A stretch of DNA of 64,000 nucleotides from Basidiobolus meristosporus CBS 931.73. Taxonomy: Eukaryota; Fungi; Basidiobolomycota. The stretch covers positions 1 through 64,000 of the forward strand of contig MCFE01000137.1 in the NCBI GenBank assembly GCA_002104905.1. The letters run 5' to 3'. How positions within the stretch are numbered: the stretch's first letter is position 1; every line of letters starts with the position of its first letter. The notes beneath the pieces are model-generated. The model had not been told where the DNA came from and ran no database searches. It worked only from the letters and a program-made list of their open reading frames with translations. Shown here one piece after another: positions 25,594-37,556 of this stretch. The position numbers and the translations under genes were made by a program.

Positions 25594-27746
25594 AGTTTAT
25601 TATGTATGTGTCTGGTGGGTTTAATCGACAGCAAGGTGAGGATATGGGAAGCCCACGCAAGGCAAGTATTTTATATTCCTTGGAGTTAAGGTTAGCGCAC
25701 GTGTATAGTTTCCGGGAGTCTGTCTTGCTGGCTTCATAGTTACACGAAAGCACATCGTATCAATCAACATCATTCCGTTTTTTCATCCACGTTTTCTCTA
25801 TGTCCAATGATGATTTGCAATAATAGCATGCTAAAGCCAGGCAGGAAATGCGCTGCATAAGTACCGCCATCTCCTCATCCATATGGATGCTCTATCCGTA
25901 TTGACCAGTCAATGGTTTCGCAAAGATGAGAGAAACCACTGACTGCATTGTTGATTCCTACGAAATCTAGAGACCAATCAGCAATAAACCTGCTTGTTTG
26001 GATACTGAGGCATCAATGTTCTCCAATTGGTTTAGCGTCTGCTAGCTCTTGGAATGAGACAGCTCTTTTCGAAGATTTCCACGAATCAATGCTACGGCCA
26101 AATCATTAGTCATACACATTTGTCGTTGTGTGGAGCAAAAGGAACTCCCTCCGTGATCATTCTGTGCTCAACAACATAATCAACGGACTGGAGGGAATTG
26201 ACCAGGTCTTTGGGGGCAACTTTACTAATGACGGGGCTCTCTGCAAGCCGTTCTTGAAGCCTGTTATGGTTTTATACAATGCACAATCTTCAACTACTAC
26301 TTCACAGCAACATCGGATAGACCAGAACCAGAAACCTCCCTATTTTAGATGGCCGTACCCGATGATGTACAGTGGCTTTACTGGTAATTTCCGTATCAAA
26401 TATCACCACCGGTCCACTCTACGCTGCAGCAGACTTCAAGCCGAGATTCAGATATAATCATGTAAAGCACGCCAATCTCAAGCGGAAGCTAGCGAAACGG
26501 ACGGAGAACATGTGGCGGCGTGTTGAACCAGTGGCCATTTCACATCGATGAAACACAATCAATATCCGACACACTTTCTCACGTGTTAATCAAGGCCATC
26601 TTATCGTCTGGTGTCAGTTCTACTGTTTGGAAGGGTCTAAGACTGTAAACTGAGTTACACCAGAAAGCGGTTAGTAGTTTGGTACACAGCTTACGGTGGG
26701 CCCAATCATGAATGAGGTGCCAGCGAACAGCAATGATTTATCCACGCACTCAGCAAGCACTTCCCTCAAGAACGTGCATCGCTTCCTCCATCCCGGACAA
26801 GATCCTTTATCAAAAATAGCAAGATCAGCATATTAGCTAATCCGCGGCGTGTATATTTCTATTGATTCCGAAACCAACTGAAATTACTCAGATTGGGCTC
26901 GGGCTCGGCTCTATACAAAGAATGACGGTGGTAGGGTGTACAACCAAGAAAGTGGTTCCAGAGATAGTGAGTATAGATTGATGTAAATTGATATAGCATA
27001 ATTAATTTCGTCCAATTTACTGTTGATTTAGATAGTGTAACAAATCGCATTCCTCCCCCATACCTTGAATGCAAGTACAGTGTCATCTTTTCGAGGGACG
27101 TGGAGAGTGGACTCAATCAATATGCAACGGATCCATTCCTTTGAACAACCAGTTCCACTGCTGTGAATTCGGAGGCGCTGTACCTTCCATAAGAATTGGA
27201 ACAAAGTTTGTCCTTGCGGTAGGTTCAAAGTGAACTCATCAGCGGTGCGCATTTGAGGACGGTGGCCAATCCTCTACCCGTGTTCAGAGCGATGAACGAA
27301 TTTGGCGCACATCTGGGAATTCGTGCCAATCGCATAGCATGTAATGATTGGATTCTGCTAAAAATGTATATTTAAATCGGATAGGCATTCCTGACCTAAT
27401 CCGCGCGAGCATCCAATCAAGTTGGACCAAATCCTACTGCGCTATTTCTAAACTGGTGGATTATATCACTATTCTGTTTCGCCAACGTTTGTTGGAGTGC
27501 ATCCCATCTCTTGTCTCAGAGTAATGTAGTGTGGGCATCCACAGTTAATGATTGCCTACGAATTATCGAGCGTCATCAGTTACGGCAGGGTCCAAGCCAT
27601 GGCTCAGCATTTTTAATTTGTCCACGGCCTTGAACTTTCGTAATCTGTATTTCATCACCTTGGGCAATGTTGTCTGAAACCGACCAGATTAAACACCCTT
27701 CAGACTATTCCCCACTGTGCCACAGCTGGGAAGTCCGATTTGGTAA

Positions 27747-28793
27747 TTGGGATTACCTTCTATATTTGAAAGCAAATCGCCCCTCTCTGCCTTGTATAAA
27801 ATGGCCAAAGTGCCCAGTGAGTTGCGTATTCACATCTGTATCAGTTTTGTTGACACTCTTGTTGATATGGAAAACCGCACATATCATAATACATCCTCCC
27901 CCTATGTTCTCCCCAATGATATTGACGAAGTTGATAGGTAATGCCTCTCGAATATTGTTCCTGAAGCCCAAGCTAATTAGCCATGTGTGATCTAGATTGA
28001 ATCTTCAGCATTACTTGTTTCGTTTCCTGTTGAAAGGTAATTCGACTGCCCCGGTGAGTCACGAAATCGGGAGAGTCCTTGATGTCGGTTGTGGCAGTGG
28101 GATATGGTCTGAGGTAAGCTTTTCTATGCTTGCGTGGTCAAGGTCCACACTGACAGTAGACTGTAGGAGATGTCTGTAGAGTTTGCCAACGCGATCTTTG
28201 ATTTGGTTGATATCTCCAAGGTGTTTCATAATACCACAAACAACCCTCGACTTCGCTTTCATGAAGCCAACACATTAAAGGGTCTACCCTTTCCAGACAA
28301 CACTTTCGATTACTCATTCCAACGGCTACTGGTCGCAGGATTGACTGTCTATCAATGGCCCACTGTCGTGTCAGAGATTGCCCGCGTTACAAAGCCCGGT
28401 GGTTGGGTGGAGCTTGTAGAGAATGATCTGTATGTATTCAATTCCGGCCCGGTTATGGCCCGTTTCCGACCTTGGTTCTTCCGAGCGATGGCCAAGAAGC
28501 ATATCGAGCCAGTCGCAGTTAGGAACATTGGCAGCTATTTGCAAGAGGCTGGTCTGGTCAACGTCAAGCTCACAAAAACAATCGCCCCCATTGGCCTGGC
28601 TGGTGGTAAGCTGGACGAACTATTTCTCAAGGATTATTTGATGGTATTGAGTGGGATGAAGTCATTGATCTGCAAGGAGGCTGGCATATCGTCTGCGGAG
28701 TTCGACTCGTTACTCGACGAAATCGAGAAAGAATGTTTCGAATATGAATCGTACGGTGTGATATATGTCGCCTACGGACAGAAGCCGATGTAA
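27747..28793 (+). CDS. Class I SAM-dependent methyltransferase, LaeA-like fungal family (start codon uncertain; at least 3 exons)
   Basis: YHN...PYVLPNDIDEVDR|LNLQHYLFR...VLDVGCGSGIW...LPFPDNTFDY..QR...KPGGWVELVE. Confidence 0.88.
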
Positions 28794-31700
28794 TCAATCC
28801 CATCTCTTCTAGTGTTGTATAGCTCATAGCACTCATGGTCATTTTTTCCGTTGTATGAACATTGCTATTGTAAATTCTTGAACAATCTAATTGAATTCGC
28901 TTAGTTCCGATCTCCTTGTAGTTGTGTAATGCTGGTGTAGGCGAGGCATACGATTCCCCCACCGAAGTTTACTCCATCAGATCTATACAAATAAAATGCT
29001 GAATATCCTGCTTTGCGATAGATACAACAGATTTGGCTTGATTCACAGATCTTGGCCAGGCCCCGATGACATGTGAATAGCTTATTTGGCAAGTCAACCC
29101 AGATCCAAGCGACCACAATGCTGTGCAGAACCCTTAAAAGTATTCCCGTATCTCCACCCCGATTGTTATCTTAAGCTAAATTGTGAATAGCAGTTGGGTG
29201 GTTTCGCTGAGTTCACACACCCTTCCGATGGCGTCATACGGTTGATCAATCTCTGAGACCCGAGCACCATGCATAAATACTGGGCGACCCAAGCGTTTTC
29301 AAACCTCATGCCAACACCCCAAGGCAATACATTGCACCAATGTACTTTGTATCCCAAATACTAAGCCAAATCCATTTGCATGATCACCATATTACTGTAT
29401 GCCGCTCAACGAACTCTGATCCGCCCCCCAAGCATGCGCAACCGTATCTGTGAATCCACCAATTGCAAATTTGTGCCACTTTCCAGAATACCACGACTCT
29501 AAAGTCTCGCTATGCCCTTTCCGACAGCTCGCCCCTCTGACCATTTCGCCGGTGTATCCTTCGTGCAGTACAGGCATCCGAGGAGTTTGGGGCTATCCAG
29601 AGATGCCCGATCGTTACGGAGCCTCCATCCAAGTCCTCAAAAACGGTAGAATTTACGTCGCTAGCGGTGTTTGGCTAGGAGTAACCTCTCCCCAAGAAAA
29701 GTGCAGCAGAATTGATTAACAGCCACAAACATGAGAAGGCAGTGATGACGGTGGATCTTCGAAATCACATCTAGCCACACAATTACTATGGCCCATGTTT
29801 CAGTGGCTTCGAATGAACTCCCTCCCTCAAAAGCCCACTGGACCACAACACATCTACCATTTCGCTTTCTTGATCCTAGATTGGCCCCAATGGCCACCCT
29901 CATTGCGGGTGGGATGGTGTCATTCCTAGGATCTCGTCTTCCTATATGGATTCGGCTGGTGGCACCGGGTTTTGACCAATGCGGTGAACTCGCATCTCTA
30001 TGCTGATGGGATCTATAGGATGACTGGCGAATTCCGGATATGTAACCCTAGCCAACCCGAAGCCCTCCAATCTGATACTGCATGACATGGCCATTGATAT
30101 ATTCAGAAGCTGTACTCTTACTGAAAGGAGGGGGCTTTCCTCCACCAGAGGGAATTGTATGGAGCCAATATGATTACAGCGAAGCCTTGATTATGCTGCA
30201 GAGGGGATTTATTGGCTGACCGTGGTTAGGGTTGCGCTTGCTACCTATTTTGTCGGCTGTAGCCCGGGCCACCGAGGTTGACCAAGTCCTTAAGGGGATG
30301 CCTTATCGGGACGTCTGCAGTAGCTCAATGGGCGATTTGATTAGTCAAGAGATGCAAGTTGCTATGGGGATGGTGCTGCGCAGTGCTTTTTATGTGTTTT
30401 GTGATTCTCCGCTGGATGTTTTTGGGAATCGCTGCCCATAATAGGGCAGTCAGATTGCCCTACCAGTATCCATAGACTTGACACATTCAACAAAGCTCAT
30501 GGAGGATCGCCCAAACAGATGATCAGGGGGTTATTTGCTACACTCTGCCAACCCAGGGTTAACCCCGCCTGTAGTGGTCATCGGTCGAAGCGTTCTGACC
30601 TAGCTTACATATCTCTAGGAGGCTCTGCCCTACTGACTGCATCAAGTAACATAAGCGATACGGCTGGGGCGTGGGATCTTTGTATAGACAGCGTACCAAA
30701 CCTGACGCCTTTTCACATATATCAACAATTAGATTCAACGCTGGATTTCAAGAATCTAAGAATGGAAAGATGCCAATCGCTTGAAATGTTCCATTGTCAA
30801 CATATGGGCTGGTTAGGGCATCCCATCCTATATTTATCCTCGGAGCAGTCCAAAGCCTCTTGTTCGAAAGCCCCTGTGCCAAATATCGTCAAATCAAACC
30901 AAACCCCTCGACTTCACTCATCGGATGCTCTTCCCTGGACGTGAAGCATAGTCGATCATGATTCATTAATTTTTGGATGGTTTCGTTGAAGATTTGTACC
31001 ATCATCCTACATATAAGCGTGGTGGGCGCGTCAATCCCGAAATCTTCCTCCAATGCAATATTGAGACCGAGCAGATTTGGGTATCTGATGGTGATGGGAC
31101 TGGCGGGAGGGGGTTCCGGATATTCACCTGGTAATTTATGATCTCTTCGATTTGCCTCGGCAACGCGAACTCTATGGGCGCTGTGAGAAATATCTTGGTG
31201 GATTCCAAGTGATCCAAAAGCCTTCTCGCTGGGATCCCTATGATTCAGAAATTTTCCTGTTCACAGCGGATCCTAGAATGAAGTGCCTGATGTGGATTTA
31301 ATCTTTCTTCATCTTTCATCACATCACTTTATCTGAGTTAGCCTTTCAGGGATCAAAGTGCATAGGGAGCGTGTTGCGTATGGCTGGAATACCCCGATCG
31401 GTGAGATGCTCCGATTTTACACTTTGACAATCTCCCCGTACGCACCCTCGCTGAAGATTTTGCTTGGCCTGATATATCGTGGAAGATTATTTAATGCACC
31501 AAAGGAATGTAAAACTCCAAGCGTTTTCAAACTTCTTGATCTTGGCATCTATTTTTTGCTGCCATGGGGCTTTCTTGTAATCATGAATACAATGCTCTGC
31601 CAAACATCCACCTGACTGTTTGAAAATAAGGATCCCAATACTTGGCATCCTGGCCATTACATTCCTGGACCACTGAAAAATGATTGCGGGATGCAGATGA

Positions 31701-32279
31701 TTTGAAAATTCCGCAGGAATGTGAGCATTGATTCTGGCCATACAAACAGTTTCGTCTTTTGATGGAGCCTTATAGGCTTATGTGTGGATCTTGTAATGCT
31801 ATTCTGCAGAGTAATTACATGTACCAATGCTTAACTTAATAAAGCTAGCAACAAGAGCTTTTCTAGGGCCTAAAGAATGTGCTTAAAGCTTGAAGCCGTT
31901 TGGACATGCCTGAGTATCTTGGAAATTTTGTAACTTTATTTTTATAAATAAAATTGCCAAGCACTTTTTCCCAGCTACCTCAGGATTCAGTAAAGATGCT
32001 CAACAAAATCAACAACAAAGAGCTTGGGCAGTGAAAACTCAAGCCATCCACTAGTGTACAAGTAAATAGTAAGGGCATTGTGGTTTTGAAACTGTTGTAT
32101 TCCCAAATAGTATTCTATGTTCCAGCAGTAGCTAATGGTTGGTGCTCTATTGATATGCTCACATCCCAAGGATTTTGTATCAGCTCCAATCATTTAGAGT
32201 GTCAGATCACCTGCTAAAACTATCTCCAAGCAACTATAACACACATTGCAGGTGCATAGTGCTAGATACACTTAATTAC

Positions 32280-32931
32280 ATCTGAAATAATATCTAGCAC
32301 CCAAAACAAAGAATATCTATGGCTTGCTATTCATGGGAGACAATGTACACTTGATGCAGTAGGACCAGGAACTATCCAAGTAAACCTCCAATGCATTGAA
32401 GGAAGCAACACACTTACCTTCACAGGAATACTCTATGTACCAGAAATAGCCAAGGACCTACTCTCTGTGTGCAAGGCCACAACAGAAGGACTCAGTTTCA
32501 GTTTGGGTAATTCTGGATGGTAAATCACTGATCAAAATGGTGCCTGTATTGCTTGGGATGTTGGAGATTAGAATTTACTGAAGTTAACTTATATTCCATC
32601 ATATTGGTAAGTCAATATAAGTTACTTAAATGCAGAAACACCAATGTTTTGACACAGGTAATTTGGACACATCAATACTGGGTTGTTTGGGTAAAATGAT
32701 AAAAATCAGCTAATTTCTCAAGTCAAGTTGGTCCCCTGGCTGATTTGGAGCACTATGACACCTGCTTGTATGGGAAACAAGCCAGGCAGCTGTTCAAGAG
32801 CACTAGGTTAATCAAAACAAAGAAAAATTAGATCTAATTCACTAAAATATGTGTGGGCCTATACAAAATTTATCCTTTGGAGGATTGAAGTTTTGATAGT
32901 ATTTATTGATGATTATAGAAGATGCATATGG
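32280..32931 (+). pseudogene. Older copia family A internal fragment (protease to integrase start)
   Basis: Collinear with about 34150-34820 (e.g. GGAACTATCCAAGTAAACCT, GTACCAGAAATAGCCAAG) but riddled with stops. Confidence 0.85.
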
Positions 32932-35900
32932 TGTTGTAAAAGTCTGTAATTCCACCTAAATATTCACCTAACTTAGTCACTTAAATCACTACCTTCAAAT
33001 CCTAGAGAATACTGACCAAGTTCCTTGTTGGGATTTACTAGGAATATTTGCCCAGAAAATGAGAATTAGATAAGTTGTCCAAACAGCCCCAAACTTTGCA
33101 CACATGCTCTTGGGATCTTCTCTGACCATTCTACGTGTTTGTAATGCCAGGACCATCAAAAGTATAAATACTACTTTTACATTCAATAAATCATTAAGTG
33201 AAAATCACTTAGTCTACTTGTCCTCCCAATCACTTCCAATATCTCCCAGACTCTTACAACAGGTTATGAATCACAAGCTGTCACTCTCTGCAATTTCTAC
33301 TACTGCTATTACTGGAATTTTTCCCTCTGCTGAAAGGTTGGATGGATCTAACTACCAAGTATGGAAGGTGAAGATGAAGATGCTGCTACAAGAAAGAGGC
33401 CATTGGGATATTGTCATGGGAGAAGAATACCCTTCTAAAGATGTGGGAGAGGAAGCCTTAAAGTACCAGAAGAAAGAACAAAGTGCCTTTAACTGCATTT
33501 GCCTCAATGTCAAAGACAAATTGCTAATTCAATGCTCAAGAGCAAAAATGCCAAAGAATGCCTGGAAGGCATTAGAAGACACTTACCAGTCATGTTCAGT
33601 GGCTAAGAAACTGTATCTGAGAAGAAAATTCTTTACTACAAAGATGCTGCCAGGAATAGAAATGAAAAACCTAATCAACAGTATTACCCTGCTGGTGGAT
33701 GAAATGAAATCTGTGGGCCCACCAGCTACTGATGGGGATGTGATAGTAACCATCCTGAATAGCCCAACAGACAAGTTTCAAGGCCTTTTATCAGCCCTAG
33801 AGTCCAGAACTGAAGATTTGGCCTTAAATTACACTTATGAAAGGCTCATGGATGAAGAATTAAGAAAATCAAGTGCCAATAGGAAGGAAGAAGAAAATGC
33901 TTTAATAAGCAATGATAACCCGCAAAGAAGGTACCCAAGACCCCAAAAAGGCAACAGCAACCTGTCTTGCAACTACTGCAAAAAGAAAGGACACACATTA
34001 GACTGGTGTCTCAAAAAAAGTGATAATCAGCAAAAGAAGCCTGAATATGGAAACACGCAACAACTGAAGATAGACTATTCATATCTGCACTAAATATGAC
34101 CACAAACAAGAACTCTCAGACATGGTATATTGACTCTGGAGCATCTCAGCATTTTACACACCAAAAAGAACTTTATACCCAATACCAGGAAATTCCAATT
34201 AAGAAGGTTTTCATGAGTGACAATAGAACACTTGATGCAGCAGGAGAAGGAACTATCCAAGTAAACCTTAGAAGCAGTGAAGGAACCCATATATTAACAT
34301 TTAAAGAAGTACTGTATGTACCAGAAATAGCCAAGAACCTACTATCTGTAAGCAAGGCCACAGCGGAAGGAGTCAGTTTCAGCTTTAACAATTCTGGATA
34401 TAGGATTACTGATCAAAATGGTGCCCATGTTGCTTCAGGTATCATAGATCAAGATCTATACAAGTTGACTTATATTCCATTATATCTGGAGGCCAATATA
34501 AGTAACTTAACTGAAGAAATACCAATGCTTTGGCACAGGAGATTTCAACACATCAATTTTGGTTATTTGCGCAAAATGATCAAAGATCAGCTAATTTGCC
34601 AAGTAAAAATTGAACCTCCAGCTAGTTTGGAGCACTGTGAAGCCTACATATATGGGAAACAGGCCAGACAACTGTTCAAAAGCTCTGGGTTAATCAAAAC
34701 TAAGAAAAAATTGGATCTAATTCACTCAGATCTGTGCGGACCTATGCAAAATTTAACCTTAGGCAGAATGAAATATTTAATCACTTTTGTTGATGATTAT
34801 ACAAGAAACACATGGGTTTACTTCATGGAGAGAAAGGAAGAAGCTTAGTAAGTTCAGGGAGTGCAAAGCCATGGTGGGGAGTGAAACTAGTGAAAAAATC
34901 AAGAAAATATGCTCTGACAATGGTGGATAATATACCTCAAAACTCTTCATCCACTTCTACAAAACTCATGGGATAAAGCAAGAGATTACTCTACCATACT
35001 CCTCACAGCAAAAAGGAGTAGCAGAATGTGCTAACAGATGATTAATAGATATGGCAAGTTCTATGATCCATGATCAAAAATTATCCTCTGATTTTTGGGT
35101 GGAATCAGTTGCCACTGCTGAATACTTTAAAAATAGGAGTTAAAACAGAAAACTTCATGATTCTACTCCATTTGAAGCATGGTATGGGTACAGACCAAGT
35201 GCAGAACATCTAAGAATATTTGGGTGTGCAGCATATGCCAAGAAATTGCCCAGCAATCAGTCAAAATCTGTGCCAAAAAGTGTAAAATGCATATATTTGG
35301 GCTACTGCAATAAGAGTAAAGCACAGAGACTCTACAGTACCAAAGCAAAGAAGCTGATCCGGTCTGGGGATGTGTCATTTGATGAAAGTTCAAAATTTTC
35401 ACAAAAAATGATATCAGATGATGACAAAAATCTGATCTCAAGTCCAACAATTGTCAGGATTGAATCAGAGCAAAACAATGAGCATTTTTTCACCCCAGAG
35501 AGCTCTACAAACATGGTTCAGCCTGAAGCAATACCCAATAATTTCCCAGAAGTCATCATTCCAGTATCAAATGCCAGGAGATTCAATCAGACAAGAAATA
35601 GTCCATAGCCCTATTCAGTCCATATTGATGAGCCCCAGACTATAAAAGAGGCTCTAAATAGCCCTCAGACAAAGTTTTCAAGATCTGCAATGACTGAGGA
35701 ATATCAGGCCCTAATGGAATATCAAACTTGGGACTTTGTCAAATTACCAATCAACTAAAAATCAATTGGATGCAGATGGGTCTTTAAGACAGAATACAAG
35801 TCTGATGGTTCAATTGAAAGATACAAGGCAAGACTTGTGGCCACAGGATACTCTCATACAAAAGGACATGACTATTATGAGACCTTTGCACCAGTAGCCA

Positions 35901-37556
35901 AGTTTAATTCCATCAGATTAATATTGGCTATTACAGCCAAATATAAATTTTTTATTCTTCAAATGGATGTGAAAACTGCATTTTGAATGGAGAACTTGAT
36001 GAGGACATGCATATGGACCAGCCTGATGGGTTTGTTGACCAAGATAACCCCCATTTGGTCTGCAAGCTTAAAAAGTCTTTATATGGTCTTAGACAATCAC
36101 TAAGAGCCAGGAATTGCAAGATAAATTCTTATTTGGAATCTTTGAGTTTCAAAAGGAGTAATGCTGACTATAGTATATACCATAAGCCAGTAGAGCAAAT
36201 CTAGTTCTATTAGCTCTATATGTGAATGATCTTACTATAGCCACCAATAACCTAGAAACACTGCAAGACACTAAATCCAGCCTATCTAAGGAGTTCAAGG
36301 TGTCCAATCTAGGAGAACTCAGTTACTACTTGAGGATTAAGTTCTCCATAGACAGAAGTACCAGATTATCACCCTAAGCCAATCCAAGTATATATAAGAT
36401 ATACTAAAGAAGTACCAAATGAAAGACTATAAACTGGCAGCTACCCCAATGGTGACAAACCTTAGCTTGGTCAAAACTCAACCAAATCCAGAGAGGTTGG
36501 TGCCATCTGAAAGTCCGGACTTTCCTTATCAATCTATGATCAGCAGTCTGATGTATATCATGCTTGGAATATGTCCAGACATCTCATATTCAGTAGGAGT
36601 TGTCAGCCAACATAATTAGAACTATGGATCTGATCATATTGCAGCAGTTGAGCCAATTTTTAGATACTTAAAAGGAACTGCTGATATCTGCTTAAGATAC
36701 ACTTATAAGGATTCAGAGCAGGATCTTGTGGGATGCTCTGATGCTGATTGGGGACTAAACTTGGAAGACCAAAGATCAACCACAGGATATGCCTTTCTTT
36801 ACTGTAAAGGAGCAATTTCATGGAAATCAAGAAAGCAACCAACCGTAGCACTTTGTACCACAGAGGCAGAGTACATGGCAGCCTGTGCAGCTACAAAAGA
36901 AGTAACGTGGTTAAGAAAGCTTTTTACAGACTCAGGCCTAGGGTAAAAATCACCTATTACTTTATTTCAGATAATCAAGGATGTATATATTTTGGTAGAA
37001 TTCAAACTTTTCATGCTAGAACTAAGCACATAGATATTAGACATCATTTCAAATGTGAGGCTATAGAGAATAGCTTAGCTAGCTTATTTTACTGCCCTTC
37101 CAATGAAATAATTGCAGACATATTTACCAAACCTTTAGCTAGAGATAAGTTTGAATATCTTAGGTCAAAATTAGGACTAGTCAGTATAAACATTTGACTG
37201 AGTGGGAGTGTTATAAAAGTTTGTAATTCCACCTAAATACTCACCTAACTTAGTCACTTGGATCATTACCTGCAAATCCTAGAGAATACTGACCAGATTT
37301 CTTGTTGGGATTTACTTGGAATATTTTCACCAAAATACCAGGTACCCAGAACATGAAAATTCTCAAAGTTGTCCAAACAGCCCAAACTTTGCACACATGC
37401 TCTTGGGACCTTCCTTAGCCTATTCTATGTGTTTATAACTCAAAGATCATGTAAAAGTATAAATACTACTTTTACATTCAATAAATCATTAAGTGAAAAC
37501 CACATAATCTACTTGTCCTTCCAGTCACTTCCAATATCTCCAAGACTCTCACCACA
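32932..37556 (+). mobile_element. Ty1/copia retrotransposon, family A, full-length but inactivated (LTRs 32932-33261 and 37209-37556)
   Basis: TGTT...CA LTRs; PBS GGTTATGAA at 33262; gag (LDGSNYQVWKVKM, CNYCKKKGH); protease WYIDSGAS; integrase HSDLCGPM; RT MD; RNase H DADWG...TEAEY; PPT TGAGTGGGAG. Many stops and frameshifts. Confidence 0.95.

Noticed and set aside
31420-31540. Protein-kinase fragment (KIFSEGAYGEIVKV, GVLHSFG) on the minus strand
   Set aside because: Motif order is wrong and no HRD/DFG core was found; likely chance.
33104-33261. Gag ORF starting within the LTR
   Set aside because: A chance open frame; the plausible start is the ATG overlapping the PBS at about 33266.
34050-34096. 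Programmed gag-pol frameshift in copia A
   Set aside because: A 1-bp indel restores a continuous ...EDRLFISALNMTT... frame, and the element has many other lesions, so this is decay.
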